Virus record (IMG/VR): IMGVR_UViG_2852055501_000007
Span: 23,047-87,046 of that record
DNA: 64,000 nucleotides
Source of the DNA: a virus
Lineage: Duplodnaviria > Caudoviricetes
Reading direction: 5' to 3' (one strand)
A model generated the notes under the pieces. The model worked only from the letters and a program-made list of their open reading frames with translations. It ran no database searches and was not told the origin of the DNA. This document shows, in pieces, positions 28,624 to 38,405 of the stretch. Made by a program: the position numbers and the translations under genes. Position 1 is the first letter of the stretch; each line of letters begins with the position of its first letter.

Positions 28624-29618
28624 TCAAATAACCCTCGTAATATAAATAACCGCTTTATTTACCGGTCTGAATTCATTTGCTGTGCTTACCTGACGGGATG
28701 CATCAAAGGAGTATGCGATAGAGTTTCCTCCTGCTCCGGCTGCGCGACCGCCGGAATTGACGGAGTGACGGAATACCCCTCGGAAAAATCCCCGCCCTCA
28801 ATCGTCGGGTTACCAAAGCGGCCGGTCAGGTTCCGCATGGCATCGCCTTGTACGCTGCCCAGCGTTCGCCCGGAGTCATAACCTTTTCCGCTGTCCAGTG
28901 CCCGTTTAAACAGCCCCCGGTCGTCGGGAAGTTTCAGTCCCGGAAAGACTTTTGCAAGCTCCGGATAAACTGATGCGCTGAATGAGCGACCGTCATTTGC
29001 TAAAAAGTTTTCAGGAATTGGGGCTGTTGACTGCCATTCGATAGTTGCTCCGATTGGTATCCCCACAATACGGTTTTGTTGTATCGCACCATTGCTGTTC
29101 AGATATCTGACTGTCAGCACAGCATAAGGATCGACATAGAACTGACCGGTATCAGTTTCTCCGGCTGCCGATGCGACTGATATTCCTTTGACATAAGTTG
29201 TGTTCACATCACCGGAGAACGCACCGGTAAATCCGCGTCCCGGTAATTTGTTAACCGTCCTGAAAGGAAGGTAGTTTCCCTTCGGCTGAAATTTTTCTCC
29301 CAAACCAAGGTTTTTGATAAAGGTATCTTTATTTGGGATGTCTGCGCCGTTCTGATCTTTGGCGAGTTTGCTGTTTACTTCTGTTTTTGTGGCGTAGTTA
29401 CCGCCGGAGATAATTTTTTTTATCGCCTCCTTCAGTTGGTTATCATTATTTTTATCCTGCGCAATACCAGCCTCAACCAGCACACCAAGAATTTCCCGTT
29501 GGACGGAATTAAGCCAGCCAGCCTCAAGAATGGTCGGTGCTATACCGGCGGCCACGTTGCCGTTTGTCCACTCGCCGTTTTTATCGGCGGTACTGGTGAC
29601 ATCACCAATTTTTTTCAT
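28624..29618 (-). CDS. Tail fibre protein (one frameshift near 28776-28779)
   Basis: WLNSVQ.E, LAKDQNGADIP.K, collar PIGA.I.W/LPD.RGLF; native end EFRPVNKAVIYITRVI* in shifted frame. Confidence 0.88.
29295..29320 (-). other. Invertase crossover site (hix-like), right
   Basis: TTCTCCCAAACCAAGGTTTTTGATAA, very close to hixL. Confidence 0.9.
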
Positions 29619-29668
29619 AACAAAGCCTCACTCAGTGAAGGTGATAATGAGTTGTTGATAGTCAGGGT

Positions 29669-30262
29669 TTACTGGCCGTAACCGACCTGAAGGATCGTAT
29701 GAGAGGGGGAAATCTGATTAAACTGGCACTCGAGGTAATGTTCACCCCACGAACGCAGCGGGTCACCGCAGTAACTGCCGCCGGCGACCGCGTATGTCAC
29801 CTGCGTGTTTCCGGCATTGATGCGCCAGACAAACGGCCATTCATCACCGTTCAGTGCATCACCGCAGGCCGACAGTCCCGCCCTTGCCTGCCGGAATTCG
29901 GTAATGGTGATGGTGTAACCCATCTCGGCCGCCAGGCTGATGTAATAGGGCTTTGACATCCCGCCGGTACGCAGCAGCTTTGAAAGAACCGCGGATTGTC
30001 GTTTCGGAATGGTGTTCATCTCCCCGATCCCACAATCATCCGGCAGACCGAGTGTTTTTTCCCACTCCGGTAATAACGTTGTGGCCGTCTTCGGAAATGC
30101 TCCCTCAAGCAGCTGAACAGCGTCAATATCCGAGGCCTCATAACCGCGCGCCAGTGCCCGGAGAACAGCATGCATATTCGACCCCGGCCGCCAGTCCCAC
30201 GCCATACCCTGCGGTGCCAGTCCGATCATGGCCTGAGTGTAATCGTCAGCGGTGTAATTCAT
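29669..30262 (-). CDS. Baseplate protein, Mu gp48/YmfQ-like
   Basis: LLPEWEKTLGLPD.C, CGDPLRSWG, P.HT. Confidence 0.88.
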   Translation of the reverse strand: MNYTADDYTQAMIGLAPQGMAWDWRPGSNMHAVLRALARGYEASDIDAVQLLEGAFPKTATTLLPEWEKTLGLPDDCGIGEMNTIPKRQSAVLSKLLRTGGMSKPYYISLAAEMGYTITITEFRQARAGLSACGDALNGDEWPFVWRINAGNTQVTYAVAGGSYCGDPLRSWGEHYLECQFNQISPSHTILQVGYGQ

Positions 30263-31398
30263 GTGTATGACACCTCCCCGCGCTGCGCCAGTTCGCCGGT
30301 ACTCAGAACTATATTTTCAGCCGGTTTTTTCAGGACAAAGCCGGTGGTGCCGGGGATATCAGCAATCGCATACTGCAGGTCAGAAAGGTAGATTTTTGTG
30401 CCGCCGGTCGGGTCACTGTCCCGGAAGAACACATCATCAATGGCTTTGGCTATCTGCTGATGTAATTCCGAGGTTGCCCGGCTCAGCCCTTCAATTTCAA
30501 AATCTATCTTTTTCGCAACAGGTGAACAAACCCACACCAGCGCCGTTACCGTCTGCACATCCCAGATATGATCTGCAACACGCAACTGGTCACCGGTCGC
30601 ATGAACTGAATAAGTTTCTTTGGTAGCCGGTCCGTCAGTTCCCAGCGGAAAGCCGCCGTTGCTGTTGCCGTCACACATAATGTAAATGCCGACCGACCCG
30701 GCCCCCAGCAGGCGGCGTTTTACCCAGGCGCGGGAAATGCCCGGCACTTCTTTCGCCCAGCCTTCATAGTCTGTATCGCTGCCGCCCTGCGGTGGTTTCT
30801 GGTACGCATGCAGGACCCGCTGCCGGAAAGCCTCTTCATTCTCAATATCACTGCCGCCGGTGATCGGAGCAACAGCAATACAATCTGAAGATACTCCGGA
30901 TATCGCTATCTCAAGCGTCAGTTTTGTCCCGGCCGGTGAGTTACCCGCCGCGCCGCCGCCGTAAATATTATCGTCAATGCCGGGCAGAATGGCTTCAACA
31001 GACGTGAAGCCTTTCCCGTCAGCATTAATATGGACCTCAATAACAGACTGGTACCGGTATCCATCTCCGCGGGTCATCGCCGTACCGGCAGGAATGATAC
31101 TGCCCGGCACGCCGTCAAACTGCACCTTTGTACAGGTGGCTTTGTTCGGTGGTTTGCGGTACACCCGTTTCAGCGCCCCCCATCCCGCCAGGTTTTCATC
31201 CGTTGCGGTAAACGGAGTTGCCTGTTTTGCAATGTAATCCAGATAGGCATAATGCAGGTGCGCCATACCGGCATCCATATCCGCCAGTACCCGCATATTG
31301 GAATACCGCAGCAGCGCACCGGGCTCTTTCAGTTCATTGCGCAGGAAATTCTGGTTCTGCTCCCGCAGCTCCGTCAGTGTTTTACGCTTAAACGGCAT
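30259..31398 (-). CDS. Baseplate J / Mu gp47-like
   Basis: GGSD.E...FR.R, PPQGG...DY..WA. Confidence 0.92.
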   Translation of the reverse strand: MPFKRKTLTELREQNQNFLRNELKEPGALLRYSNMRVLADMDAGMAHLHYAYLDYIAKQATPFTATDENLAGWGALKRVYRKPPNKATCTKVQFDGVPGSIIPAGTAMTRGDGYRYQSVIEVHINADGKGFTSVEAILPGIDDNIYGGGAAGNSPAGTKLTLEIAISGVSSDCIAVAPITGGSDIENEEAFRQRVLHAYQKPPQGGSDTDYEGWAKEVPGISRAWVKRRLLGAGSVGIYIMCDGNSNGGFPLGTDGPATKETYSVHATGDQLRVADHIWDVQTVTALVWVCSPVAKKIDFEIEGLSRATSELHQQIAKAIDDVFFRDSDPTGGTKIYLSDLQYAIADIPGTTGFVLKKPAENIVLSTGELAQRGEVSYT

Positions 31399-31836
31399 TT
31401 ATTGTTTCTCCCATACCCAGTAAAAACGCAGATCTTCTGCACCGGAATCCGGCCGGTGATAACGGATAACCATATTCAACCGCTGCGGCCACACTATTTG
31501 TGTCCGGATCTGAATGTCAGACACGACCCCGTCGGTTATCAGCCAGGCCAGCGCCTCGCGGGCGTAATCCTCGGCTTTCTTTGCCACCTGCGTGGTCAGT
31601 TTCTGACGTCTCAGCAGCCAGAGACGGGAGCCAATAAACCCATCCGTTCCGGTATCGGCCCACCATCCCCGCCGGTACTCATCGTCGTAATCATCATCAC
31701 TGTGAGCCAGTCGGTCCGTGAACAGACTGATCATAATCGCTGACTGCAAATCATCACCGGAAAGCAGGTCACCGTTTCCGGCTATCCAGTCCGCCCGCAG
31801 TGTGTCCGCGTTCCACCCGGAAGAAATATCAGACAT
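31399..31836 (-). CDS. Mu gp46-like baseplate protein
   Basis: ISLFTDR, RGWWAD, IGSRLWLL.R.K. Confidence 0.92.
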   Translation of the reverse strand: MSDISSGWNADTLRADWIAGNGDLLSGDDLQSAIMISLFTDRLAHSDDDYDDEYRRGWWADTGTDGFIGSRLWLLRRQKLTTQVAKKAEDYAREALAWLITDGVVSDIQIRTQIVWPQRLNMVIRYHRPDSGAEDLRFYWVWEKQ

Positions 31837-32426
31837 CAGACTTTCTCCTTAATCGGATTACTGGTTTTGGTGGCACTGCCCGGTTCCACATTTTCCACAT
31901 CGTGGTCGTGCTTATTGTAACTGTCCCGCAGCACTTTCAGTGTGGACGAGTTACTTTCGTAGTTATCAATCACATCACCGGACACTTTCAGGATCGGCGT
32001 ATTCAGCACCACTTCTGTTTTGGCATTGATCGTCACCTTATCGGCGTTATTGATGGTCACATCTTTATCTTTGGCCTCAATCACAATGCCGTCCTCTGTC
32101 ATGTGGATGTACATACCCCACAGGTTGTACATCACGCTTTCACCCGGTGAGAGTCCGGTATGCCGGGAACCTGGGTGATTGCTGCCGATAACTACTGCAC
32201 TGGAACGGTTACCGCCGAGATAGGCAATCAGAACATCCGATCCGGGTGGCAGAGAGGAAGAAAAGCCAAATTCTGTCATACGGTAAGTACCGTCCCGGAC
32301 TTCCAGCGCAGTGCTGTACTGGATGGTCTGAATCGCTCCGTCATCTTTGGTGACGCTGGATTTACCGGCACCGATCATCATCGACATCCGGGTTTTTAAA
32401 TCGCGGACCTGATCACTCATCATCAC
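31836..32426 (-). CDS. Baseplate spike, Mu gp45-like
   Basis: FGF.S..P.G, LGGNRS, YN.H.H tip. Confidence 0.88.
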   Translation of the reverse strand: MMMSDQVRDLKTRMSMMIGAGKSSVTKDDGAIQTIQYSTALEVRDGTYRMTEFGFSSSLPPGSDVLIAYLGGNRSSAVVIGSNHPGSRHTGLSPGESVMYNLWGMYIHMTEDGIVIEAKDKDVTINNADKVTINAKTEVVLNTPILKVSGDVIDNYESNSSTLKVLRDSYNKHDHDVENVEPGSATKTSNPIKEKV

Positions 32427-33492
32427 ACCCTTATTACCTGGTAAAATTCATACGGTTCAGCAATGAAGGCTTCCGGCGGCATCAGCTGTAATGTCGCGCG
32501 TGTCCCGCCGGCATCCCGCAGATAGGTCACGTCAGACAAAGTCCAGAATTTATCCGTCACACCAAGAACAGGGATGTTTATCGGGATCAGCGTATTCGGC
32601 TCCCACAGTTTGCCGGAGGCGTCCCGCCAGCTGTCGACCATCACACTCAGGATTTTGGAGCGGCCGTAACGGCGGTTCATTTCCCAGTCGATACTCTCCT
32701 GCTCCCGTTTAGCGGTGATCAGGGTGCTTTCGATGATGGTGATATAATTCCGGTACCGCATTTTTCCCGCTTCCGGATCCCGCGCCGAGGCGTTCTGTAC
32801 CGCTGACACATCTCCGGCAAACGGGGTAACAGACAATGACACGCCGGTGTAATCGGAATAGCGCTCTGCCATAGAATCCGAGAAATCAGCACTTTCGATA
32901 TTTTTTCCCTGCTCCACGCCGCTGGCCGCCACCTTGTCACTGACGCGGGTCAGCAGCAGGTTTCCGTCCGGCTGTTCGTAATACAGCAGCGCAGAATACC
33001 GGCAGCAGCGCTCGATCACCTGTTGTGAGGATTCACCCCAGTTCAGGGTGAATTGCGGGACAACCTGTAACCCGCCATCAGAAACCGTACTCGATACCTC
33101 GATGTCGTACCACTTCGCCAGTTTCTGCGCGATTTGCAGGGCGTTTGACTGACTGATTACGTTATTCGGCCAGTTGGCTGAGCAGTCCACCAGGTCCTGA
33201 CACTTACCCCTGCCGGAGACACTTATCTGATGCCGATTTTTATTAATCTGCCCGTTCCACGTGTCAATATAACCGGTAATAACCCGATCCTGACCGAGAA
33301 ACACCTCACAAGGATCACCCGGTTTAAACAGCTGCTTTTCATTCGTTGCCGGGTAGTAATCCATCAGGCTGATTTCAAAATCATTCGGCAGCCGTTCAAT
33401 GCCACGGGTAACCCTGACACTGTCCCAGCCGGAAATACGCCTGCCGTTTATCACCAGGGATAATTCTTCGTTTTTTTTGTCTCTTCCGTCAT
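32423..33492 (-). CDS. Baseplate hub, Mu P/gp44-like (frameshift in A-run near start)
   Basis: GW..VRVTRGIE, GR.K..DLVDCS, LWEPN; ATGA-coupled start at 33492 is one base out of frame. Confidence 0.88.
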
Positions 33493-34889
33493 TTTTTCAG
33501 TGCCTTAAATCTCACCGGCATAAACGCCGGATGCCGGGGCTGAATCTCCATCACCAGCTCGTCGCTGCGGGTTGCATCCTGATACAGGCGGTTGGCAACA
33601 TTGAGAGACGGCAGCACCGACGGCAGAGCGTAAGACGACAGGCGACCGCGTTCGGAGCCTTTATCGGTGAAGAAAATAACAACCTGTTCGCGCCGGTTCA
33701 GGAGAGTAAGATAAATATCATCCAGCGCCAGATCCCCGGTAATAGTCATGGCATCATCAAGGGATTCACAGACTTCACGCTGATATCCGGCGGCCTCGGT
33801 GCTATTTGTCGGGTCAGACTGTCCGGCCACAACCGAAAGCGCCGATGCCGCCAGCACAACCAGCATCATTTCAGCCAGTGCGGCAATTCTCTTATCCTGT
33901 TCCGTCTGCTGATATTCCAGATTGCGGAAACGGGATAATGTATTCAGGATCTGCATCTTCTGGCCGGTGTCACCGTCCATTGTTATCAGGATGACAAACA
34001 CCTGCTGTATCTGTGCAATCACATCTTCCGGGGATGCAGCATCACTGACCGCGCTGAGTGATTTATCCAGCCGTTGCCGGTCAATAATGGCCTGGTTCAG
34101 TGTTTTATCGATAATTTCACGGTCATCAGTATCACCCTGATGTATGCGCTTGCCGGTCGCACCGGACACCGCCCCGCCCGCGCGGCCTTTCTGATAGCGT
34201 CCGTATTTATTGCTGCCGAATACGCTGTTCAGCGAGTTACTGAGATTAGTGACCTCATCAACTGAACTGTTGACCATATTTACCCAAAAATCCGCAGTCT
34301 GTTTCAGTGTCTTCATCATCTGTGTAACAGACCGCACTTCGCCTTTAATCATGGCGATCGTTTTCAGGGTGGTATGTGCTGCTTCTTTCAGCCACTGCCC
34401 GAATGTCAGTTCACCGGTTTTTTCGCTGCCGGTGATGGCGAACACTTTCAGGCCGGACTCGATAACCACCAGCTCAAATTCAAACACCCTGCCGCTTTCT
34501 GCATTTTCTGACACCCGCAGGCCGCTCTCAGTCACGCTGACAGTCATTTCCCCGAGTGTCGGGTGAACCAGTGTTCCGGACTCACCGGCTTCACAGGCGG
34601 CCACCAGATTGTCGCGCTGGGTAATAACGTCCGGCGCGTCATACACCAGGCTGTCCTGAATCAGGAATCCCTTTATGGTGATACGCCGGTTGCTGCGCCC
34701 CATATCCTCTATCCAGGATTGATCGCGGTAGGCATATTCGTGAATGGCCTGGCGGCGGCCGAAAACACTTTCACCGCTGATAACACCGAACGGCACACCA
34801 CGGAATGAAGCCTGCTGCAGGTGTTCAGACCAATTCCAGTCCGGCTCAATGCCGAGCAGATCAGAAATGGCGTCTTTGATAATTGGCAT
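33489..34889 (-). CDS. DNA circularization protein (Mu N-like)
   Basis: ASFRGVPF, GRR...HEY, GTLVHP.LG, HPAFMP. Confidence 0.92.
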   Translation of the reverse strand: MPIIKDAISDLLGIEPDWNWSEHLQQASFRGVPFGVISGESVFGRRQAIHEYAYRDQSWIEDMGRSNRRITIKGFLIQDSLVYDAPDVITQRDNLVAACEAGESGTLVHPTLGEMTVSVTESGLRVSENAESGRVFEFELVVIESGLKVFAITGSEKTGELTFGQWLKEAAHTTLKTIAMIKGEVRSVTQMMKTLKQTADFWVNMVNSSVDEVTNLSNSLNSVFGSNKYGRYQKGRAGGAVSGATGKRIHQGDTDDREIIDKTLNQAIIDRQRLDKSLSAVSDAASPEDVIAQIQQVFVILITMDGDTGQKMQILNTLSRFRNLEYQQTEQDKRIAALAEMMLVVLAASALSVVAGQSDPTNSTEAAGYQREVCESLDDAMTITGDLALDDIYLTLLNRREQVVIFFTDKGSERGRLSSYALPSVLPSLNVANRLYQDATRSDELVMEIQPRHPAFMPVRFKALKK

Positions 34890-34952
34890 GTGGGCTCCGG
34901 AAATAAAAAAAGCCACCGAGATGGCGGCTTTGCTATTATAATTTAATTATAC

Positions 34953-35690
34953 CTATTTACATCTAACTCTTAATTTCCAATCCGGATCATCTGTTTCAGT
35001 TTCACAAATTACCTTTCCTTCCGGAGATACAATATAATCAATGTATTCTCGACCTTTACCTTCTTTATAAACACCGCGAGTTACTATCAGATATCTAAAA
35101 AAATCTTCTTTATCTTTTAATGTCATAGTTGACATCACATGATATTTAATGCTTCCATCGATTATAAATTTCTCTTTTACTTTACTATAATCACCATCGA
35201 AAGGGACTTCAAATGCATGAATTGCCATGCTTGTCGCCCACGCTGGAGATTCAAAGTAAACGATTCCTTTTTCAAAGTCATAACCGGTAAAGCGCATATC
35301 AGTTAGTTCTTTTTCAGGATGGTCATTCGAATAATATTCTTTAATAAAATCATATTTTACAGGTTGACCTCGTGAATTTATAAGTATTACTCTTATTCTA
35401 CTTTTTGCTTTATATGACGTTGGGTTTATTTCATTTAATGTTATTAATGCTAACGCTTTATTTTTTTCAGGAAATATAAATGTCGTTGCTTCCATTCCGT
35501 CACCTGTCGCCCAACTTGTTACATCCCTTCCTTTGTAACAAATCTTTCCATTCACACTTCTGTCAATCATGTAATTTGCATCAGGAAATGAAAAATTATC
35601 ACCTCCTCTTTTCTGATAATCTTCAGTACAGGATACAGACCAAGCATTCAGAGATATAAACAGAGTAAAAATAACTAATATCAGTCGCAT
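34953..35690 (-). CDS. AT-rich secreted hypothetical protein (tail-region moron)
   Basis: Signal peptide (...LNAWS), low GC, own RBS and downstream hairpin 34905-34931. Confidence 0.75.
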   Translation of the reverse strand: MRLILVIFTLFISLNAWSVSCTEDYQKRGGDNFSFPDANYMIDRSVNGKICYKGRDVTSWATGDGMEATTFIFPEKNKALALITLNEINPTSYKAKSRIRVILINSRGQPVKYDFIKEYYSNDHPEKELTDMRFTGYDFEKGIVYFESPAWATSMAIHAFEVPFDGDYSKVKEKFIIDGSIKYHVMSTMTLKDKEDFFRYLIVTRGVYKEGKGREYIDYIVSPEGKVICETETDDPDWKLRVRCK

Positions 35691-35738
35691 ATCACCCCTC
35701 TCCTAAAAGTATAAATAATGAGAAGATGATAGCATGCT

Positions 35739-37616
35739 TCATGGCATATTCATTGCAGTTGTAACCCTGCCTTTAGGTTTTACATTGACGCTGCTTTTTG
35801 TGCCTGTTTCTGCATTGGTCAGGACAATTTCCAGTGTACCACCCGCTTTGTTTTCCTGAAGAACTTGTGATAATTGCTCGGTGAAGGCCAGTAATGCCTG
35901 GGTCGGATCCTTTTCTATTTTGAAGTCAGGTACCACTGATTCAGTCTCTTGTTGCATCATAAATGCATTGCGTTGCTCCTGAACTCGGTAAGGATTTCTG
36001 CCACCAGCCCAGCGGTCATCCATAATAGAATCCGTAATACCTGCTGATATTTCTTCATAGCTGTATGGCTGCTCAATATTTTCAACTTTTATAATGTACG
36101 GAATAATTTTCTCTAAAACGCGGGGATCGTGCATATCAAGCCGCTCATAGGGGTTAAATCCCGTACCCTTTGAAACTCTGTCTATATATCCCTGCGTGTT
36201 ATTACCAACACTGGCTGGGGCATATTTCCTGAGCAGACTATCAAGGGTATTCAGTCCCCTTTCAGCATCCAGCATGATCTGGCGTGACAATGCCGCATTA
36301 CCGTCCCTTGATGAAGCAAACTTCACATACCGGTGATTATTTCCATAGTCATACCCCACACTATTGGGAGCCGCTATAAGATTCCCTGGGTTATTATTGC
36401 GTAAACCACGCCGGTTTGGATTATACGTCTCATCCTGCACCCAGTTATCAGGCACCTTACTGTTCAGCGCCGATTTTTGCTTCGCGGTTTCCGCCTGATG
36501 ACGCTGCTTCTCCCACTCCTCATAGTTTTTGCGGATTTCATCGGTCATAATACCGAAATCCACCATCGACTGATCCCACATGCCCAACTTACCGTAAAGC
36601 TCCGGTGTGTTATATGTGGTTCGCAGAATATCAGAATCATTGCCATGCAGAAAACCCATTGTTTGCATAAGTGCTACGTTATCAGGACCGTATGTCAATA
36701 ATTGCTCTACACCATTCAGGCCGTCGATTACTGACCCATCCGAAAGTAACGCCCCTGCGACCGCATCACCGGTTTTAGTTTTTGCACCCTCGTATGCCGC
36801 TGAAATGTTTTTAAGTACCTCATCCATTTTGCTGAGTTGCTCTACAACAGCATCGTCACGGGTATGTCCCATGCGGTCTGATTTATCTAGTCTCTCCTGT
36901 AAATTCCCTTCACGGAGCAGAGCAAGCACCTCCGGAGATAACTCAAGCTTGCTTTGCAGTTCAGTGTTGCGACTTTCCGGAATGTTCTGGATGGCTTTTT
37001 CCAGGCTGAGTAGTGTTTTTGTCAGATCGACACTTCCATCTTCACGCTGAATAATACTGGCACCAATACTACGGATAGTCGCCAGTAATTCGTTGTTATT
37101 CCCTCTGACCGCGTCATTCAGAGAACCGTACAGGCTTTCAAATGATTGGCGGGCATCATCTTCTGTAGATCCTTTTTGAATAAGCGTACCCGTAAGACGT
37201 GTGCCTTCCTCAACGCTCATCCCCATATTTTTGGCGCTGGTTGAGACTTCAGTCGCTTTCCTGGCTTGTTCCGGTACCTGGCTGATCATTTGATACCCGG
37301 CGTAGCCGATGGCGCCAATACCGCCGATTTTCTTCGCCATGTTGAGGTACTTACCGGACAATTCTCCGAAATTTTTCAATGGCGGGATCATATCTCCGAT
37401 ACTTTGAGCGCCTTTTTTCGAAAAATCAGACATATCGCGAATTCTTTCACCGACATCCCGCAATCCGGAAATTGATTCATCACCACCCATTTTAAGGCTT
37501 TCGCGCACATCCTTTAAAACAGGGCGAAGCTTATTTAACTCAGCTTCAATATTGGCAATTTCCTGACTGGCCTGATCATCAGCATTCAATTCAAAATCAA
37601 AGGTATTTCCCGCCAT
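35739..37616 (-). CDS. Tape-measure-like protein with putative lytic domain
   Basis: Position after chaperone; helical N-half; RGLRNNNPGNL...YAP...NNT..Y motif. Confidence 0.75.
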   Translation of the reverse strand: MAGNTFDFELNADDQASQEIANIEAELNKLRPVLKDVRESLKMGGDESISGLRDVGERIRDMSDFSKKGAQSIGDMIPPLKNFGELSGKYLNMAKKIGGIGAIGYAGYQMISQVPEQARKATEVSTSAKNMGMSVEEGTRLTGTLIQKGSTEDDARQSFESLYGSLNDAVRGNNNELLATIRSIGASIIQREDGSVDLTKTLLSLEKAIQNIPESRNTELQSKLELSPEVLALLREGNLQERLDKSDRMGHTRDDAVVEQLSKMDEVLKNISAAYEGAKTKTGDAVAGALLSDGSVIDGLNGVEQLLTYGPDNVALMQTMGFLHGNDSDILRTTYNTPELYGKLGMWDQSMVDFGIMTDEIRKNYEEWEKQRHQAETAKQKSALNSKVPDNWVQDETYNPNRRGLRNNNPGNLIAAPNSVGYDYGNNHRYVKFASSRDGNAALSRQIMLDAERGLNTLDSLLRKYAPASVGNNTQGYIDRVSKGTGFNPYERLDMHDPRVLEKIIPYIIKVENIEQPYSYEEISAGITDSIMDDRWAGGRNPYRVQEQRNAFMMQQETESVVPDFKIEKDPTQALLAFTEQLSQVLQENKAGGTLEIVLTNAETGTKSSVNVKPKGRVTTAMNMP

Positions 37617-37618
37617 AA

Positions 37619-38025
37619 TTACTGCCTCATTTTGTTAATTCGGGCTGCCTGTGAAGCCCACCACAATAACCGGCCGGGGGTCATATTCCACACATCATTC
37701 GGCCCCCACCGGAAAAAGTACGTTAAATCGGCACCTATTTGCTGATATTTTTGCCAGGCGTTAAAGTCAAAAAATCCATCAGGAAATCACGGCATTCCAC
37801 AAAGTCAGAAATTGCCATTCGCTTAACCACCTGATCCGGCACCCCGCTGACCAACACGATCAACAGACGCATAGCCGGAAGGGAACCAACCGTTTTATCC
37901 ATCTCGTTATAAAACTGCTCCACTTCAAACAGGCACGGCTCTCGCAGGTTAACTTCCTCATAACGGACTTTGCCGTCATTGGATTCCAGCGGTTTACTCA
38001 GCGTGATAGTTTTTGTTGTTTCCAC
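37619..38025 (-). CDS. Tail assembly chaperone (37735-38025) with -1 frameshift extension to 37619
   Basis: LREP motif; T TTT TTG slippery site 37768-37774; -1 frame gives ADLTYFFRWGP..VWNM....L.WW. Confidence 0.8.
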
Positions 38026-38027
38026 AA

Positions 38028-38396
38028 TTAGTTCTCCGTTACCGAACGACCTTCAAAACGCACGTCAAACACTGCGTCTTCGCTGTTTACTTCCTGGGTC
38101 TGAACAACCCATAGCCCCTGACCGATGATGGTTTTGCCGTTCGCCAGTTCGGCCACCACGTTCACATTGGTCATGCCGTTAAAATCCGCCACAGTGGTAC
38201 CGCCGGAATCACGGACACGCATCGCGATAAAACCGGCAACCGGCTTTTCTTTGTAACCGTGGACAAAGTCCATACCGGTCAGGGTTTCGCGGGTAACCGT
38301 GGACGGACTGTATTTAAAGTCCGCTGCCACCATAATTGACATACCGTTGACGGAGACGTGAGCCGTTCCCGCCAGACGGTTAGATGTATCGCCCAT
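38028..38396 (-). CDS. Tail tube protein
   Basis: RLAGTA, ELANGK; follows sheath. Confidence 0.9.
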   Translation of the reverse strand: MGDTSNRLAGTAHVSVNGMSIMVAADFKYSPSTVTRETLTGMDFVHGYKEKPVAGFIAMRVRDSGGTTVADFNGMTNVNVVAELANGKTIIGQGLWVVQTQEVNSEDAVFDVRFEGRSVTEN

Positions 38397-38405
38397 GATT
38401 TCTCC

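Noticed and set aside
26997-29618. Diversity-generating retroelement acting on the tail fibre
   Set aside because: No reverse transcriptase and no TR/VR pair; inversion explains the variation
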